The notes: generated from the sequence alone by a model not told the origin. DNA of 64,000 nt from Gemmatimonadales bacterium (GCA_044867445.1 JBIOUY010000370.1:9037-73036); one strand, 5' to 3'. Numbered from the stretch's first letter, positions 20,339-29,479 are shown. Numbers and translations: made by a program.

Positions 20339-21496
20339 TCAGGACTGCGGAGGTGCTGAGGTGCGGGGAGAGGACCGCAACGCCTCATGGTGGGCGTCAG
20401 CCAGCTCGGCTGCTCTCGCGGCAGTCGAGCTGCCAGAGATTTCAGCGATGTGGTCATCCAGAAAAATCAGAGCACGCCGGCGGCCCACGACCGCCGCGAG
20501 CGCTTCGTGTACCTCGGGAGCAGTGGTCGTCCCAATCAGCTTGCCCATTTCGGCCACCGCACTCTCGGGGGAGATCGGCTGGCGATACGGCCGTTTGGTG
20601 GTGAGCGCGTCATAAATCTCGGCCGCCCCGATCAAACGCGCCCCCCAGGGGATGGAGTCCTCCACGAGCCGGTCGGGGTACCCCTGGCCATCCCACCGCT
20701 CGTGATGGTGACGCACGAAGCTGCTGATCGAGCCGTACTCGGGCAGGGGCGACACGATCTCCGATCCCACGATGACGTGACGCTTGATCTGCTCGAACTC
20801 GTCCTGGGTCAGCGGCCCTTCCTTCGAGAGGATCCCATCGCCCAGGCAGATCATCCCGATGTCGTGCAGCCGGCCCGCAATGCGCACCGCCTCGATCTCT
20901 TCGTCCGTTCGGCTCATCTCTGCCGCTAGCGAGGCCGCCATCTGGGCAACTCGCACCGAATGGCCCGCCAGCCACGGATCCTTAGCCTCTACCACACAGA
21001 CTAACGATTCGAGGGTGGCGAGCGCGAGGTGCTCGACGCGCGCCCGTTCCTGACGAACCTCGCCGGATAGCCTCCCCACCTCCTCGCGGAGTGAGCGGGA
21101 GATGGCTTCCTCGCGTACCACCGTCTGACGGCGCTGTAGGGCTTGTCTGACAGCCGGCTCGATCTCTGGCGCTGTATCTCCTTCGCCGAGGCAATCCAGC
21201 GCCCCACGCCGCATGCACTGTAGACCGGTTCGAAGGTCTTGGTCTCTTGCGACCACGACAACCGCGAGTGCCGGCTCATATTCCAGCATTCGAGCGACCA
21301 TATCGGGAGCGCTCTCCAGCCCTGCTTCCATCAGCACGCAGCCGATCTTGAAGCGCGCCAGAACGCGCAATGCTTCGTGGGAGCTTTTCGCCGACAGCAC
21401 TTCGAGACCGCGCTGTCCGAGATAGTCGTGGATATCTGAGCGGGCTGTCAACTTCTCTCCAACCATCAGCACTGAGACCACCGAACCATCAGCCAT
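20339..21496 (-). CDS. HD-GYP phosphodiesterase with degenerate N-terminal receiver domain
   Basis: GHSVRVA, LHDIG, HHERWDGQGYP, RPY; receiver lacks canonical acidic residues. Confidence 0.9.
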   Translation of the reverse strand: MADGSVVSVLMVGEKLTARSDIHDYLGQRGLEVLSAKSSHEALRVLARFKIGCVLMEAGLESAPDMVARMLEYEPALAVVVVARDQDLRTGLQCMRRGALDCLGEGDTAPEIEPAVRQALQRRQTVVREEAISRSLREEVGRLSGEVRQERARVEHLALATLESLVCVVEAKDPWLAGHSVRVAQMAASLAAEMSRTDEEIEAVRIAGRLHDIGMICLGDGILSKEGPLTQDEFEQIKRHVIVGSEIVSPLPEYGSISSFVRHHHERWDGQGYPDRLVEDSIPWGARLIGAAEIYDALTTKRPYRQPISPESAVAEMGKLIGTTTAPEVHEALAAVVGRRRALIFLDDHIAEISGSSTAARAAELADAHHEALRSSPRTSAPPQS

Positions 21497-21592
21497 TTAG
21501 CGACGTTCTCCTTCGGTCCGCATACCCTATCGTCGGGCACAGCCGGGCGTGAGCAAGGAAGCAGGCAAGACTTTCCGGGCCAAGCGCCCAGT

Positions 21593-21609
21593 GGCAAAGT
21601 CCATGCCCC
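21593..21609 (-). promoter_or_regulatory. Putative sigma54 -24/-12 promoter for HD-GYP-flhG-fliA
   Basis: Minus strand GGGCATGGACTTTGC = GG-N10-GC with TTGC, about 100 bp upstream of the HD-GYP start. Confidence 0.6.
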
Positions 21610-21652
21610 ATTACAGTGCACCTGGGAACAGGCGAGGAAGGTCAGGCAGATT

Positions 21653-23059
21653 CTAGGCTGGTTCGGAGGCTTTCGTTGCTTTCAATTTGTTGCGGAGGGT
21701 CCGCTCACTGATGCCCAGAAGTTTTGCGGCGCGCACCCTGTTCCCGCCGGTTGCTGCCAGAGCGCGCTGTATGGCGCGGCCTTCAAGCTCCTCCAAGTCG
21801 AATGAGACTTCGGTTGCCGCCGAGGCCGCATCCGAAGTGGGGATCACCTCCCGCTCGACCTTCTCGGCCGCGGGGGCAGGTTCGGTGAGGGCGTGCTCGA
21901 AGTGTCCCTGGAAAGCCGATGGGCGAAGCGCCTCGCCACGGCAGAGAATGACCGCACGCTCCACGGCGTTCGCCAACTCCCGGACATTTCCGGGCCAGCG
22001 ATAGGCGTGCAGCAGCTCCATGGTCTCAGGGGCCACGGGCGGGACTGGTATGCCTAAGTGCTCCGAAGAGCGCTGCACAAAGTAGTGCACCAGGCGCGGG
22101 ATATCATCGGCCCGCTCGTGCAGGCTAGGGGTTCGGATGGGGACGACCTTGAGCCGGTAGTACAGATCGCTGCGGAACTTGCCGGCATCCGCTTCGGCCT
22201 TCAAATCGCGATTCGTGGTCGCAATGAGCCGAACATCCACCTTCACGGCCTGAGAGCCACCGACCCGCTCGAACTCCTGCTCCTGGATGACCCGAAGCAG
22301 CTTCGCTTGCAGATCGAGCCGCATCTCCGAGACCTCATCCAGCAAGAGGGTGCCGCTGTGGGCTCGCTCGAATGCCCCGGCGGTACGGACTGTCGCACCG
22401 GTAAAGGCCCCCTTTTCGTGGCCGAACAGCACGCTCTCCACCAGGCCCTCCGGAAGGGCAGCACAGTTCACTGTAATGAACGGTGCGGCGTGCCGTGGGC
22501 TCCGGTCGTGGATAGCACGGGCGAACAACTCCTTTCCCGTGCCCGACTCACCCTCGAGCAGCACCGTCGCTCGAGTCGGCGCGACCGCATCGATCAGATC
22601 CATGACACGTCGAAAGGGCTCGCTGTCACCGACGAGCGTTCTGGACGATCGTACCTTGAGGAGCTCGCGCCGGAAGCTTTCGTTTTCGCGGCGCAAGCGC
22701 ACGACCTCGAGCGCCTGGCCCACCGCAATCTCGAGCGTTTCCGGGGTAACCGGTTTGGTCAGGTAGTCGATGGCGCCACTCTTTATGGAGATGACCGCAT
22801 GCTCGATGCTCGAGTAACCAGTCATGATGATGACCGGGATGCGATGGCCCTCGGCTTCCAGCAGGGCGAGCAGATCGAGCCCGGTCTTCCTGGGCATTCG
22901 GTAGTCCGCCAGGATCAGATCAAATGGCGAGCGGCCGACCGCCACCATAGCCTCTTCGACGCTGGGCACGATGAGGCACCGGTGGCCCATCTGGGTCAAG
23001 GCATGCTCGAGGATGACGCCGACCGCGGGCTCGTCATCCACGCAGAGGATCATTGCCAT
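21653..23059 (-). CDS. Sigma54-dependent response regulator (NtrC/FleR-like)
   Basis: Receiver with DD..D..K, GESGTGKE, GAFTGA, WPGNVREL, Fis-type HTH. Confidence 0.95.
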   Translation of the reverse strand: MAMILCVDDEPAVGVILEHALTQMGHRCLIVPSVEEAMVAVGRSPFDLILADYRMPRKTGLDLLALLEAEGHRIPVIIMTGYSSIEHAVISIKSGAIDYLTKPVTPETLEIAVGQALEVVRLRRENESFRRELLKVRSSRTLVGDSEPFRRVMDLIDAVAPTRATVLLEGESGTGKELFARAIHDRSPRHAAPFITVNCAALPEGLVESVLFGHEKGAFTGATVRTAGAFERAHSGTLLLDEVSEMRLDLQAKLLRVIQEQEFERVGGSQAVKVDVRLIATTNRDLKAEADAGKFRSDLYYRLKVVPIRTPSLHERADDIPRLVHYFVQRSSEHLGIPVPPVAPETMELLHAYRWPGNVRELANAVERAVILCRGEALRPSAFQGHFEHALTEPAPAAEKVEREVIPTSDAASAATEVSFDLEELEGRAIQRALAATGGNRVRAAKLLGISERTLRNKLKATKASEPA

Positions 23060-23162
23060 CGAATTCAGCCGTCAGGCGAGCAGTTGACAGATGTGAGGGG
23101 TTGGTAGAAGATACGGCCGAGACCGCCCGGTTGGCACCCCGTACCCCGGGCAGGTGCGCCCG

Positions 23163-23190
23163 TCAAGCTTGAGGGGGCGTGGGCCGATAC
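23163..23190 (+). promoter_or_regulatory. Putative sigma28 promoter upstream of flgM-like gene
   Basis: TCAA-N16-GCCGATAC. Confidence 0.75.
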
Positions 23191-23216
23191 TGGGGATTAT
23201 GGTGAACCGAGCACTC

Positions 23217-23414
23217 ATGGACCTCGAGCCTTCCCTGCCCAGCCAACCGCCCGCCCTGCCCGAGGCCCCGATTCCGGCGGACCCGACGACTGAGCTCACG
23301 CCCGAGCAAGTCCAGATCATACTGCGCCGGCTGAACGAAGGGTTCTACGATACGCCGGAGGCCCTGGAGCAAATCGCTCGCCGTCTGCTAAAGGATCTGG
23401 GCGATTCGCCCTGA
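23217..23414 (+). CDS. FlgM-like anti-sigma28 factor (C-terminal part only)
   Basis: EQVQIILRRLNEGFYDTPEALEQIARRLL resembles the FlgM sigma-binding C-terminus; sigma28 promoter upstream. Confidence 0.6.
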   Translation: MDLEPSLPSQPPALPEAPIPADPTTELTPEQVQIILRRLNEGFYDTPEALEQIARRLLKDLGDSP

Positions 23415-23523
23415 ACGGCAATCCCGCACGTCAATTTGACCTTGTCTCAAACCTCGTCCGCCAGCCCGCGGGAGCGGTAGCCGCCGGCACGCCGTGGCTG
23501 CAGAAGTCCGGATTCGGAAGGAC

Positions 23524-23551
23524 TCAAGTCCGGCTCCGTTGGGGCCGATAG
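23524..23551 (+). promoter_or_regulatory. Putative sigma28 promoter upstream of cheY
   Basis: TCAA-N16-GCCGATAG, same spacing as the 23163 motif. Confidence 0.75.
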
Positions 23552-23606
23552 TTCAAGGAGCGCCAAGAACTTTCGCCTAGGCCTTCCGAAGACGGAGCGA
23601 TGCGGT

Positions 23607-23984
23607 ATGAAGTGCCTGGTGATCGACGATTCCGCCACCATGCGTCGCATCGTCGTCAATGCGCTCAAGACCATTGGGTACAACGATGTTGTCGAGGCGG
23701 GTGACGGCAAAGAGGCGCTGACTAAGTGTGACGGCACGATCCAGATGGTCATCACCGATTGGAACATGCCCATCATGGGCGGTCTCGACCTGGTGAAGAG
23801 CCTGCGCTCGGACCCGCAGACGGCCAAGCTGCCCATTCTGATGGTTACCACCCGCAGCGTGAAGGAAGACATCCTTCAGGCGGTGGAGGCGGGCGTCAGC
23901 AGCTACATCCTCAAGCCGTTCACCCCTCAGGTGCTGAAGGAGAAGCTGGACCAGATCTCCTCTCCGACTTCCGGCTCCGCCTGA
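23607..23984 (+). CDS. cheY: CheY-like response regulator
   Basis: VIDDSATMRRIV, TDWNMP, PILMVT, YILKPF. Confidence 0.9.
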   Translation: MKCLVIDDSATMRRIVVNALKTIGYNDVVEAGDGKEALTKCDGTIQMVITDWNMPIMGGLDLVKSLRSDPQTAKLPILMVTTRSVKEDILQAVEAGVSSYILKPFTPQVLKEKLDQISSPTSGSA

Positions 23985-23987
23985 GTC

Positions 23988-24695
23988 ATGGCTCCGGGTC
24001 CCTCATCCGTCGGCACCGAGCTTCAGACCACGATCGAACTGCTCCATCGTCTGTTTCTCGAGGTCGAGGGGGCCGACGCTTCGATGCGCAAGTCCTCCCG
24101 GATTGAGGAGATCCTGCTGGCCCTGCGGCGCCAGCCCAACCTCGCCGGCCTACCCAAGAAGCTGCTTCGAGTGTACGCCGAGCTGGCGGAGGCCTTGAAT
24201 GGCATCCGCCTGACCCGGGAGACGATCCAGGCGTACTCGGTCGAGCGGTTGCGTGACACCCAGATGCGGCTGAATGCGGTGTCGAGCACGACCGAGAGCG
24301 CGGCGATCGAGATGCTCAACGGACTCGATCGCACGCTCGCGATGATCGATCAGCTCGAGGGGTCCCAGCGGGAGGCCCCCTCTCATGAGATGTGCGACGC
24401 TCTCCGCTCAGAGGTGAATCAGCTTTACGGCTGCCTCCAATTCCAGGACATCATCGGCCAACAGCTTCGGGGCGCGGCAGGGCTCCTGCTGGAAGTGGAA
24501 CAGCGGGTGGAGACGGTCGCCAGCCTGTTCGACGAGTCTCACGGGGCGCGGAGTGTGGACCTGCCCTCGGAGGCCCCGGCCAGCTACAACCCCGACGCCT
24601 CCATGCGTGACACCGCCAGCCGCCAGGCAATGATCGACGAAGCCTTCAGTCTCGCGCGTCGTTCAGCCCCCTCCAACCCCTTCGTCACCGGCTGA
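23988..24695 (+). CDS. cheZ: CheZ-like phosphatase
   Basis: TESAAIEML and catalytic-type LQFQDIIGQQL (DxxxQ); C-terminal QAMIDEAF; follows cheY. Confidence 0.7.
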   Translation: MAPGPSSVGTELQTTIELLHRLFLEVEGADASMRKSSRIEEILLALRRQPNLAGLPKKLLRVYAELAEALNGIRLTRETIQAYSVERLRDTQMRLNAVSSTTESAAIEMLNGLDRTLAMIDQLEGSQREAPSHEMCDALRSEVNQLYGCLQFQDIIGQQLRGAAGLLLEVEQRVETVASLFDESHGARSVDLPSEAPASYNPDASMRDTASRQAMIDEAFSLARRSAPSNPFVTG

Positions 24696-24704
24696 GTCGT
24701 CGCC

Positions 24705-25103
24705 GTGGCCCGCGAACGACCCACTGTGCTCCTGGTGGACGACGAGCCCGGTATTCTGCTGAGTGTCTCTCGGCTCCTCCAGCGCGCCGGCTTTCAGGCG
24801 ATTACCGCGACGTCCGGATATGCGGCTATCGAGCAGGTGCGAGTCCGGCGGTTGGACGCGGTGGTGTGCGATCTCTGCATGCCAGGATTGAGCGGCGCCG
24901 ACCTCTGCGCCTGGTTGCGGCTGGAGGCACCGGAATTGGGCGACCGTATCATCATCACCACCGGCGATCCGCATCAGGCCGATCGCTTCGGCGCGGCAAT
25001 CGCCGGCCTTCCCGTCCTCGCCAAGCCGTACGGCTTCGGCGACCTGCTGGCTGCCCTGACATCGTTTGGCACCGCCCCGGACGCTATTCGAGCGGCCTCA
25101 TGA
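24705..25103 (+). CDS. Single-domain response regulator
   Basis: LVDDE, CDLCMP, TG, LAKP. Confidence 0.85.
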   Translation: MARERPTVLLVDDEPGILLSVSRLLQRAGFQAITATSGYAAIEQVRVRRLDAVVCDLCMPGLSGADLCAWLRLEAPELGDRIIITTGDPHQADRFGAAIAGLPVLAKPYGFGDLLAALTSFGTAPDAIRAAS

Positions 25104-25229
25104 GGGTCCACCTTGCCGGAGCCCCACTGGCCACCCGCGCCCACTAATACGCCCCTTCACTTCCCGCCCACCAGGCTCATACTTCTCTAGCGCCAACCGC
25201 CGTCCTTTCTCCATCTCAGGCCAGCACCG

Positions 25230-26027
25230 ATGAAAATCCGGCAGCGATTTACTCAGGTGGATGCATTCACCGATCAGCCGTTCTCCGGAAATCCCGCGGC
25301 GGTATGCCTGCTGCCCACCGTACGGGATGCCGACTGGATGCAGCTGGTAGCGCGGGAGATGAACCTGGCCGAGACCGCGTTCCTGGTTCGGCGGCTCGAC
25401 GGATTCGATCTGCGGTGGTTCACTCCGAGTTGTGAGGTGGATCTCTGCGGGCATGCGACACTGGCGAGCGCGCACGTGCTCTGGGAGCAGGAGCATCTGT
25501 CGGCCGATCAGGTCGCGCGCTTTCATACTCGAAGCGGCGTGCTGACGGCTGAACGCCGCGATCGGTTCATCTGGCTCGACTTTCCCGCCACACCCGCGAC
25601 TCCGGCCGAACCACCGGCAGAGCTGTCCCAGGGACTCGGGACCAGCGGTCGGTTCGTGGGCCGCACTCCTTTCGACTACCTGGTGGAGCTTGATTCCGAA
25701 ACCACAGTCCGCAACCTGACTCCCGACCTCGCCATCCTCGCCTGTGTGCCGGCTCGAGGCATCATCGTCACCGCGAAGGCCGCCACACCGGATTACGACT
25801 TCGTCTCCCGATTCTTCGGCCCCGCGGCTGGGGTGCCGGAGGATCCGGTGACCGGCTCAGCGCACTGCGCTTTGGCTCCGTACTGGTGCCCCCGCCTCAG
25901 CCGGAATGAGCTGGTGGGGTACCAGGCGTCGGCGCGCGGGGGAACGGTTCAGGTCCGGCTTGCCGGCGATCGGGTGAAGTTGGGAGGAGAGGCGGTAACG
26001 GTGCTCAAAGGCGAGCTATTGTACTGA
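25230..26027 (+). CDS. PhzF family epimerase/isomerase
   Basis: VDAFT..GNPAAV, EVDLCGHATLA, EDPVTGSAH. Confidence 0.93.
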   Translation: MKIRQRFTQVDAFTDQPFSGNPAAVCLLPTVRDADWMQLVAREMNLAETAFLVRRLDGFDLRWFTPSCEVDLCGHATLASAHVLWEQEHLSADQVARFHTRSGVLTAERRDRFIWLDFPATPATPAEPPAELSQGLGTSGRFVGRTPFDYLVELDSETTVRNLTPDLAILACVPARGIIVTAKAATPDYDFVSRFFGPAAGVPEDPVTGSAHCALAPYWCPRLSRNELVGYQASARGGTVQVRLAGDRVKLGGEAVTVLKGELLY

Positions 26028-26356
26028 TGGACCCGCTCACGGCCTTCGAGGTACTCGATCTCCGGGTCGGCCGAATCATCCGTGCCGAGGCCCACGAGCG
26101 GGCGCGCAAGCCGTCGTATAAACTGTGGCTGGATTTTGGTCCGTTGGGAGAAAAGACGTCGAGCGCCCAGATTCGCGCCCTCTACCATCCGGACGAGCTG
26201 GTCGGACGCCTGGTCGTCGCAGCCATCAATCTGGGCACCCGGAACATCGCCGGCTTCGCCTCGGAGGTGCTGGTGCTAGGCGTCCCGAGTGAGCAGGGCG
26301 ACGTCGTGCTGCTCGCAGTGGAGCGCGAGGTACCGCTCGGCGGCCGAGTCTACTAG
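26027..26356 (+). CDS. csaA: tRNA-binding OB-fold protein / CsaA chaperone
   Basis: LDLRVGRI, SSAQI, IAGFASEVLVLG. Confidence 0.85.
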   Translation: MDPLTAFEVLDLRVGRIIRAEAHERARKPSYKLWLDFGPLGEKTSSAQIRALYHPDELVGRLVVAAINLGTRNIAGFASEVLVLGVPSEQGDVVLLAVEREVPLGGRVY

Positions 26357-26375
26357 CCCCGCACCCTCGGCGGGC

Positions 26376-26780
26376 TCACTGCGAGTCGGAGAGCTCCGGG
26401 CGCACCACCAGCCCGGTCACATCGCCATTCTTGGCGAGGGTCCACTCGATCAGCATCCGATGACGCGACTTGTCGAAGGAGGCGGCCCGGCTGTATACCG
26501 GAAACGGCTGAGTCACGTCGACCCGCTCGTCGACCACTCGCCTCTCGACGCCCAGCCGAGTCACCGCCCGTCCCGCAAAGCTGGCCAGGTCGGCCACACT
26601 GCCGAACGTCTGGCGCATGTCGGGTGAGAATCGGTCCCACAGCTTTTCGTATTGGCTGCCGTAGAGCCAGGCGGTGTAGAGACGCCCCTGCTGGAGCAGG
26701 TTGCTGTCTCGCTGGTCACCACGGGGAGAGCAGGCGACCACGATCGCCGCCGCGATTCCCCACACAGGTGCAGCACGCAT
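26376..26780 (-). CDS. Putative lipoprotein (DUF3887-like)
   Basis: Lipobox IVVAC; RFSPDMRQ..NGDVTGLVVRP. Confidence 0.6.
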   Translation of the reverse strand: MRAAPVWGIAAAIVVACSPRGDQRDSNLLQQGRLYTAWLYGSQYEKLWDRFSPDMRQTFGSVADLASFAGRAVTRLGVERRVVDERVDVTQPFPVYSRAASFDKSRHRMLIEWTLAKNGDVTGLVVRPELSDSQ

Positions 26781-26825
26781 CGTTTGTCCTCGTCGAGTCA
26801 CCGGTCACCCACCACGGGAGAAGTC

Positions 26826-27650
26826 ATGCGGGTCTACATCTCCGTTGACATGGAAGGCATTGCCGGCGTCGTTCATGAGGATCAGACTGACCCGACTGAT
26901 CCGCTTCACGCGGGGGAGTATAACAGGTTTCGCCGTTTGATGACGGCGGAAGCCAACGCGGCCATTGAAGGCGCCCTCAGTGCCGGCGCGACGACGGTGC
27001 TGGTTAATGACAGTCACTGGTTCATGCGCAACCTGCTGGCCGAGGAGCTGCATCCGGCCGCCGAGCTACTGAGCGGCGGGCCGAAACTCCGTTCCATGAT
27101 GGAAGGCGTCGAGCAGGGTTTCCAATCGGCGATGCTGATCGGCTATCACGCGCGAGCAGGCGCCGCGGCCGGCATCATTGATCACACCTATACCAGCCGA
27201 GTTTACGAGGCCCGACTCAATGGCCGGCCGGTGGGCGAGCTGGCCATCAACGCCGCCCTCGCGGGGACCTACGGTGTGCCGATCGCGCTGGTGAGTGGCG
27301 ACCAAACACTGGCTCAGGAGGCGAGGGATTTCCTGGGCGAGTCGGTCGAGACGGTCACCGTGAAGCACGCCGTGGGGCGGTTCGCGGCGCGCAGCGTGGC
27401 CCCCGTCGAAGCCTGTCGTCTCATTCGGGAGGGTGCGGCGGCTGCGCTCCAGCGCCGCCACCGGCCGTTCACGTTCCCTGCGCCCATTCGGCTGGAGGTG
27501 GACTTCGCCCTCACCCAGATGGCCGACATGGCAGAGCTGGTTCCGGGCTCGGTGCGGACCGCCGGGCGAACGGTCGAGTATGTGCACCAGGACTATCAAG
27601 AAGTGTTCCGGGCTTGGCGGGCATTGTACAATCTGGCCGGAGTAGAATAA
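26826..27650 (+). CDS. M55 family D-aminopeptidase (DppA type)
   Basis: YISVDMEG, NDSH, IGYHA, HTY, VSGD. Confidence 0.93.
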   Translation: MRVYISVDMEGIAGVVHEDQTDPTDPLHAGEYNRFRRLMTAEANAAIEGALSAGATTVLVNDSHWFMRNLLAEELHPAAELLSGGPKLRSMMEGVEQGFQSAMLIGYHARAGAAAGIIDHTYTSRVYEARLNGRPVGELAINAALAGTYGVPIALVSGDQTLAQEARDFLGESVETVTVKHAVGRFAARSVAPVEACRLIREGAAAALQRRHRPFTFPAPIRLEVDFALTQMADMAELVPGSVRTAGRTVEYVHQDYQEVFRAWRALYNLAGVE

Positions 27651-27862
27651 AGTGAGAAGTGAGAGGTGAGAAGTGAGAAGGTGAAGCGTGAAAGGTGAAA
27701 GGTGAAAGGGAGGGTTCGGGGCTCCGTTCATCTTCACCTTTTACGTTTCACACTTCACGTTTCACGCTTCCACGTCTCACCTCTCACCTCTCACCTCTCA
27801 CCTTCTTACTTCTCACTTCTCACCTTCTTACTTCTTACTTCTTACTTCTCACTTCTCACTTC
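27651..27862. repeat. Nested inverted heptamer arrays between convergent genes
   Basis: agtgaga/aggtgaa units followed by tttcacg/tctcacc/tctcact units. Confidence 0.93.
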
Positions 27863-28576
27863 TTCCGGCACTCGCACCCACCGCGTGATCTCCGTCTGCC
27901 AACCCTGATCCTTACGCCGGTCGAACGAGGCCTTGAGATAGGGGCTCGCCTTGTGCTGCTCCAGTGCCTCCGCATTGCGCCAGACCTCGAGCCGCATGAA
28001 CTCACCAGGATGATCGGCGGACTGATAAAGATCATAGCCAAGGTTCCCCGGCTCGGCTCGTGTGGGCTGCGTCAAGCTCAATAGCTCATTCTTGACTTGC
28101 TGGTCCGCTCCGGGCTTGCCCCGGATGAAGGTGACTGCCGTGAGCACCTCACTCAGCTCACCCTGACTCCTGCCACCCTGCACCGCTTGCCGTGCAGCAG
28201 CCGTTTTCAACTCCACCAGGATCCCGTGGGCGTCGGTATCGCCGATGTTGGTGGGCGAGTGCATCACGGCATCGCTGTAGAGGACTTCGCCCGCCTTCGC
28301 CTCGCGAATCGCCGTGCGCCCACCCGGCAGCTTGAACCTGATCTTGAACGGCTCCAGGACGTAGAGCACATGGGCAGGATGGGAATGGAACGCTTCGGTG
28401 TCGCCCTTCCGCAGGCGGAAGTCGAGGACCCGAACCCGATCATTGTCGATCAGGACCTTGTAGTTGCCCGGATAGCGGGGCACAGGGTCCTCACCTGCCG
28501 GTAGCTGAGCCACGGCGACACCAGACAATGCGAGGAGCAGAGCCGCGGCGGCAGCCAGCGAAGAAATGGCCTGCAT
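27842..28576 (-). CDS. Secreted cupin + antibiotic biosynthesis monooxygenase (ABM) fusion
   Basis: Signal peptide; DNDRVRV..FHSHP..HSPTN cupin; TRAEPGNLGYDLYQ..EVW..ALEQH ABM. Confidence 0.8.
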   Translation of the reverse strand: MQAISSLAAAAALLLALSGVAVAQLPAGEDPVPRYPGNYKVLIDNDRVRVLDFRLRKGDTEAFHSHPAHVLYVLEPFKIRFKLPGGRTAIREAKAGEVLYSDAVMHSPTNIGDTDAHGILVELKTAAARQAVQGGRSQGELSEVLTAVTFIRGKPGADQQVKNELLSLTQPTRAEPGNLGYDLYQSADHPGEFMRLEVWRNAEALEQHKASPYLKASFDRRKDQGWQTEITRWVRVPEEVRSEK

Positions 28577-28635
28577 GGTAGACCTCCACTGCGGGTGAGA
28601 GTGCGCTCGACTGTACCTGCGGCGGATAGCGGTGT

Positions 28636-28661
28636 AATGCGGCGGGCCTGCGGGAGGTTCC
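28636..28661 (-). promoter_or_regulatory. Putative ECF sigma promoter 1
   Basis: GGAACC-N14-CGCATT. Confidence 0.7.
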
Positions 28662-28666
28662 GGAGA

Positions 28667-28715
28667 AGCTGACAGCCAACAGGTAACGGCTGACAACTAA
28701 CAGCTGACGGCTATC
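28667..28715. repeat. Degenerate heptamer array (RGCTGAC) x7
   Basis: agctgac agccaac aggtaac ggctgac aactaac agctgac ggctatc. Confidence 0.75.
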
Positions 28716-29330
28716 AGGCTGCTGAAATAGCGTGGATCTGTGACTCCGTCTGCTCGCGATGCGATCCCATTTGCCCCGCCGGCCGTGGCGTGGTGGCCCC
28801 GGCTCTGGCGGCACTCCGCTCGGTGCTCCAGGGGGGCCTCAGGGGCTCACTCCCGCACCGATCAGGGTCCGCAGCCGCACCAGATTGTACGCGGCCATCG
28901 TGAAGGTGAAGATCCAGTCGACCAGCTCTCGACCTCGATGCCGCAGCTTCCGCAGGAGCCCGATGGTCTTGCTCCAGCCGAAGCTCTCCTCCACCCGTTT
29001 CCGGCGCTGTTGGCTGGTGGCATAGCCGGCGTGACGAGTCGTGCGTCCATCCAAGACACTGGTCGGGCCCGGTGCGATATGCGGGGTCCAGCCCAGGGTG
29101 CGCAGCCCGGTGATGAGACTCTGCTGATCGTAGCCCTTATCGGCCCCCAGCGTGCGCCGGCCGACGCGCGCCGGCTGGGTCGCACAGAGCTCGATCGCCT
29201 GGTCCACCTCCGCCGTCCCGCTCGGCGCACTCACCGTGGTCGCCACCACCAGGCCATGCCGGTTGTCCAACAGCACACTCGCCTGATAGCTCAGCTTGGC
29301 TTCCTTGCTCGGCCCCTTGTTCGCCAGCCC
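28715..29330 (-). mobile_element. Truncated IS5-family element (transposase C-terminal half plus one terminal repeat)
   Basis: KEAKLSY..DNRHGLVV..LGADKGYD..DGRTTRHAGY..RKRVEESFGW..AAYNLVRL; end CAGGCTGCTGAAA at 28715; N-terminal half missing. Confidence 0.85.
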
Positions 29331-29421
29331 GGCAAGAGCGCGCTCAGCTCCTCGCGTCCAACTGCGAGACACTACGTGAGGCGCAGCAAACGGCTGCGGC
29401 GTGCTCGTCACTGCGCACCCC

Positions 29422-29453
29422 TTGACCCTATACCCTGGTACAGGGTCTATGTT
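29422..29453 (+). promoter_or_regulatory. MerR-type operator/promoter
   Basis: TTGACC-N20-TATGTT with dyad GACCCTATACC-CT-GGTACAGGGTC. Confidence 0.88.
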
Positions 29454-29479
29454 GCATCAGCCGCAAGGAGGGCTGAAGG

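Noticed and set aside
23131-23147. TTGGCAC sigma54 -24 box upstream of the flgM-like gene
   Set aside because: No GC at the -12 position.
23430-23440. GTCAATTTGAC palindrome as an enhancer-binding site
   Set aside because: Single short occurrence; cannot be distinguished from chance.
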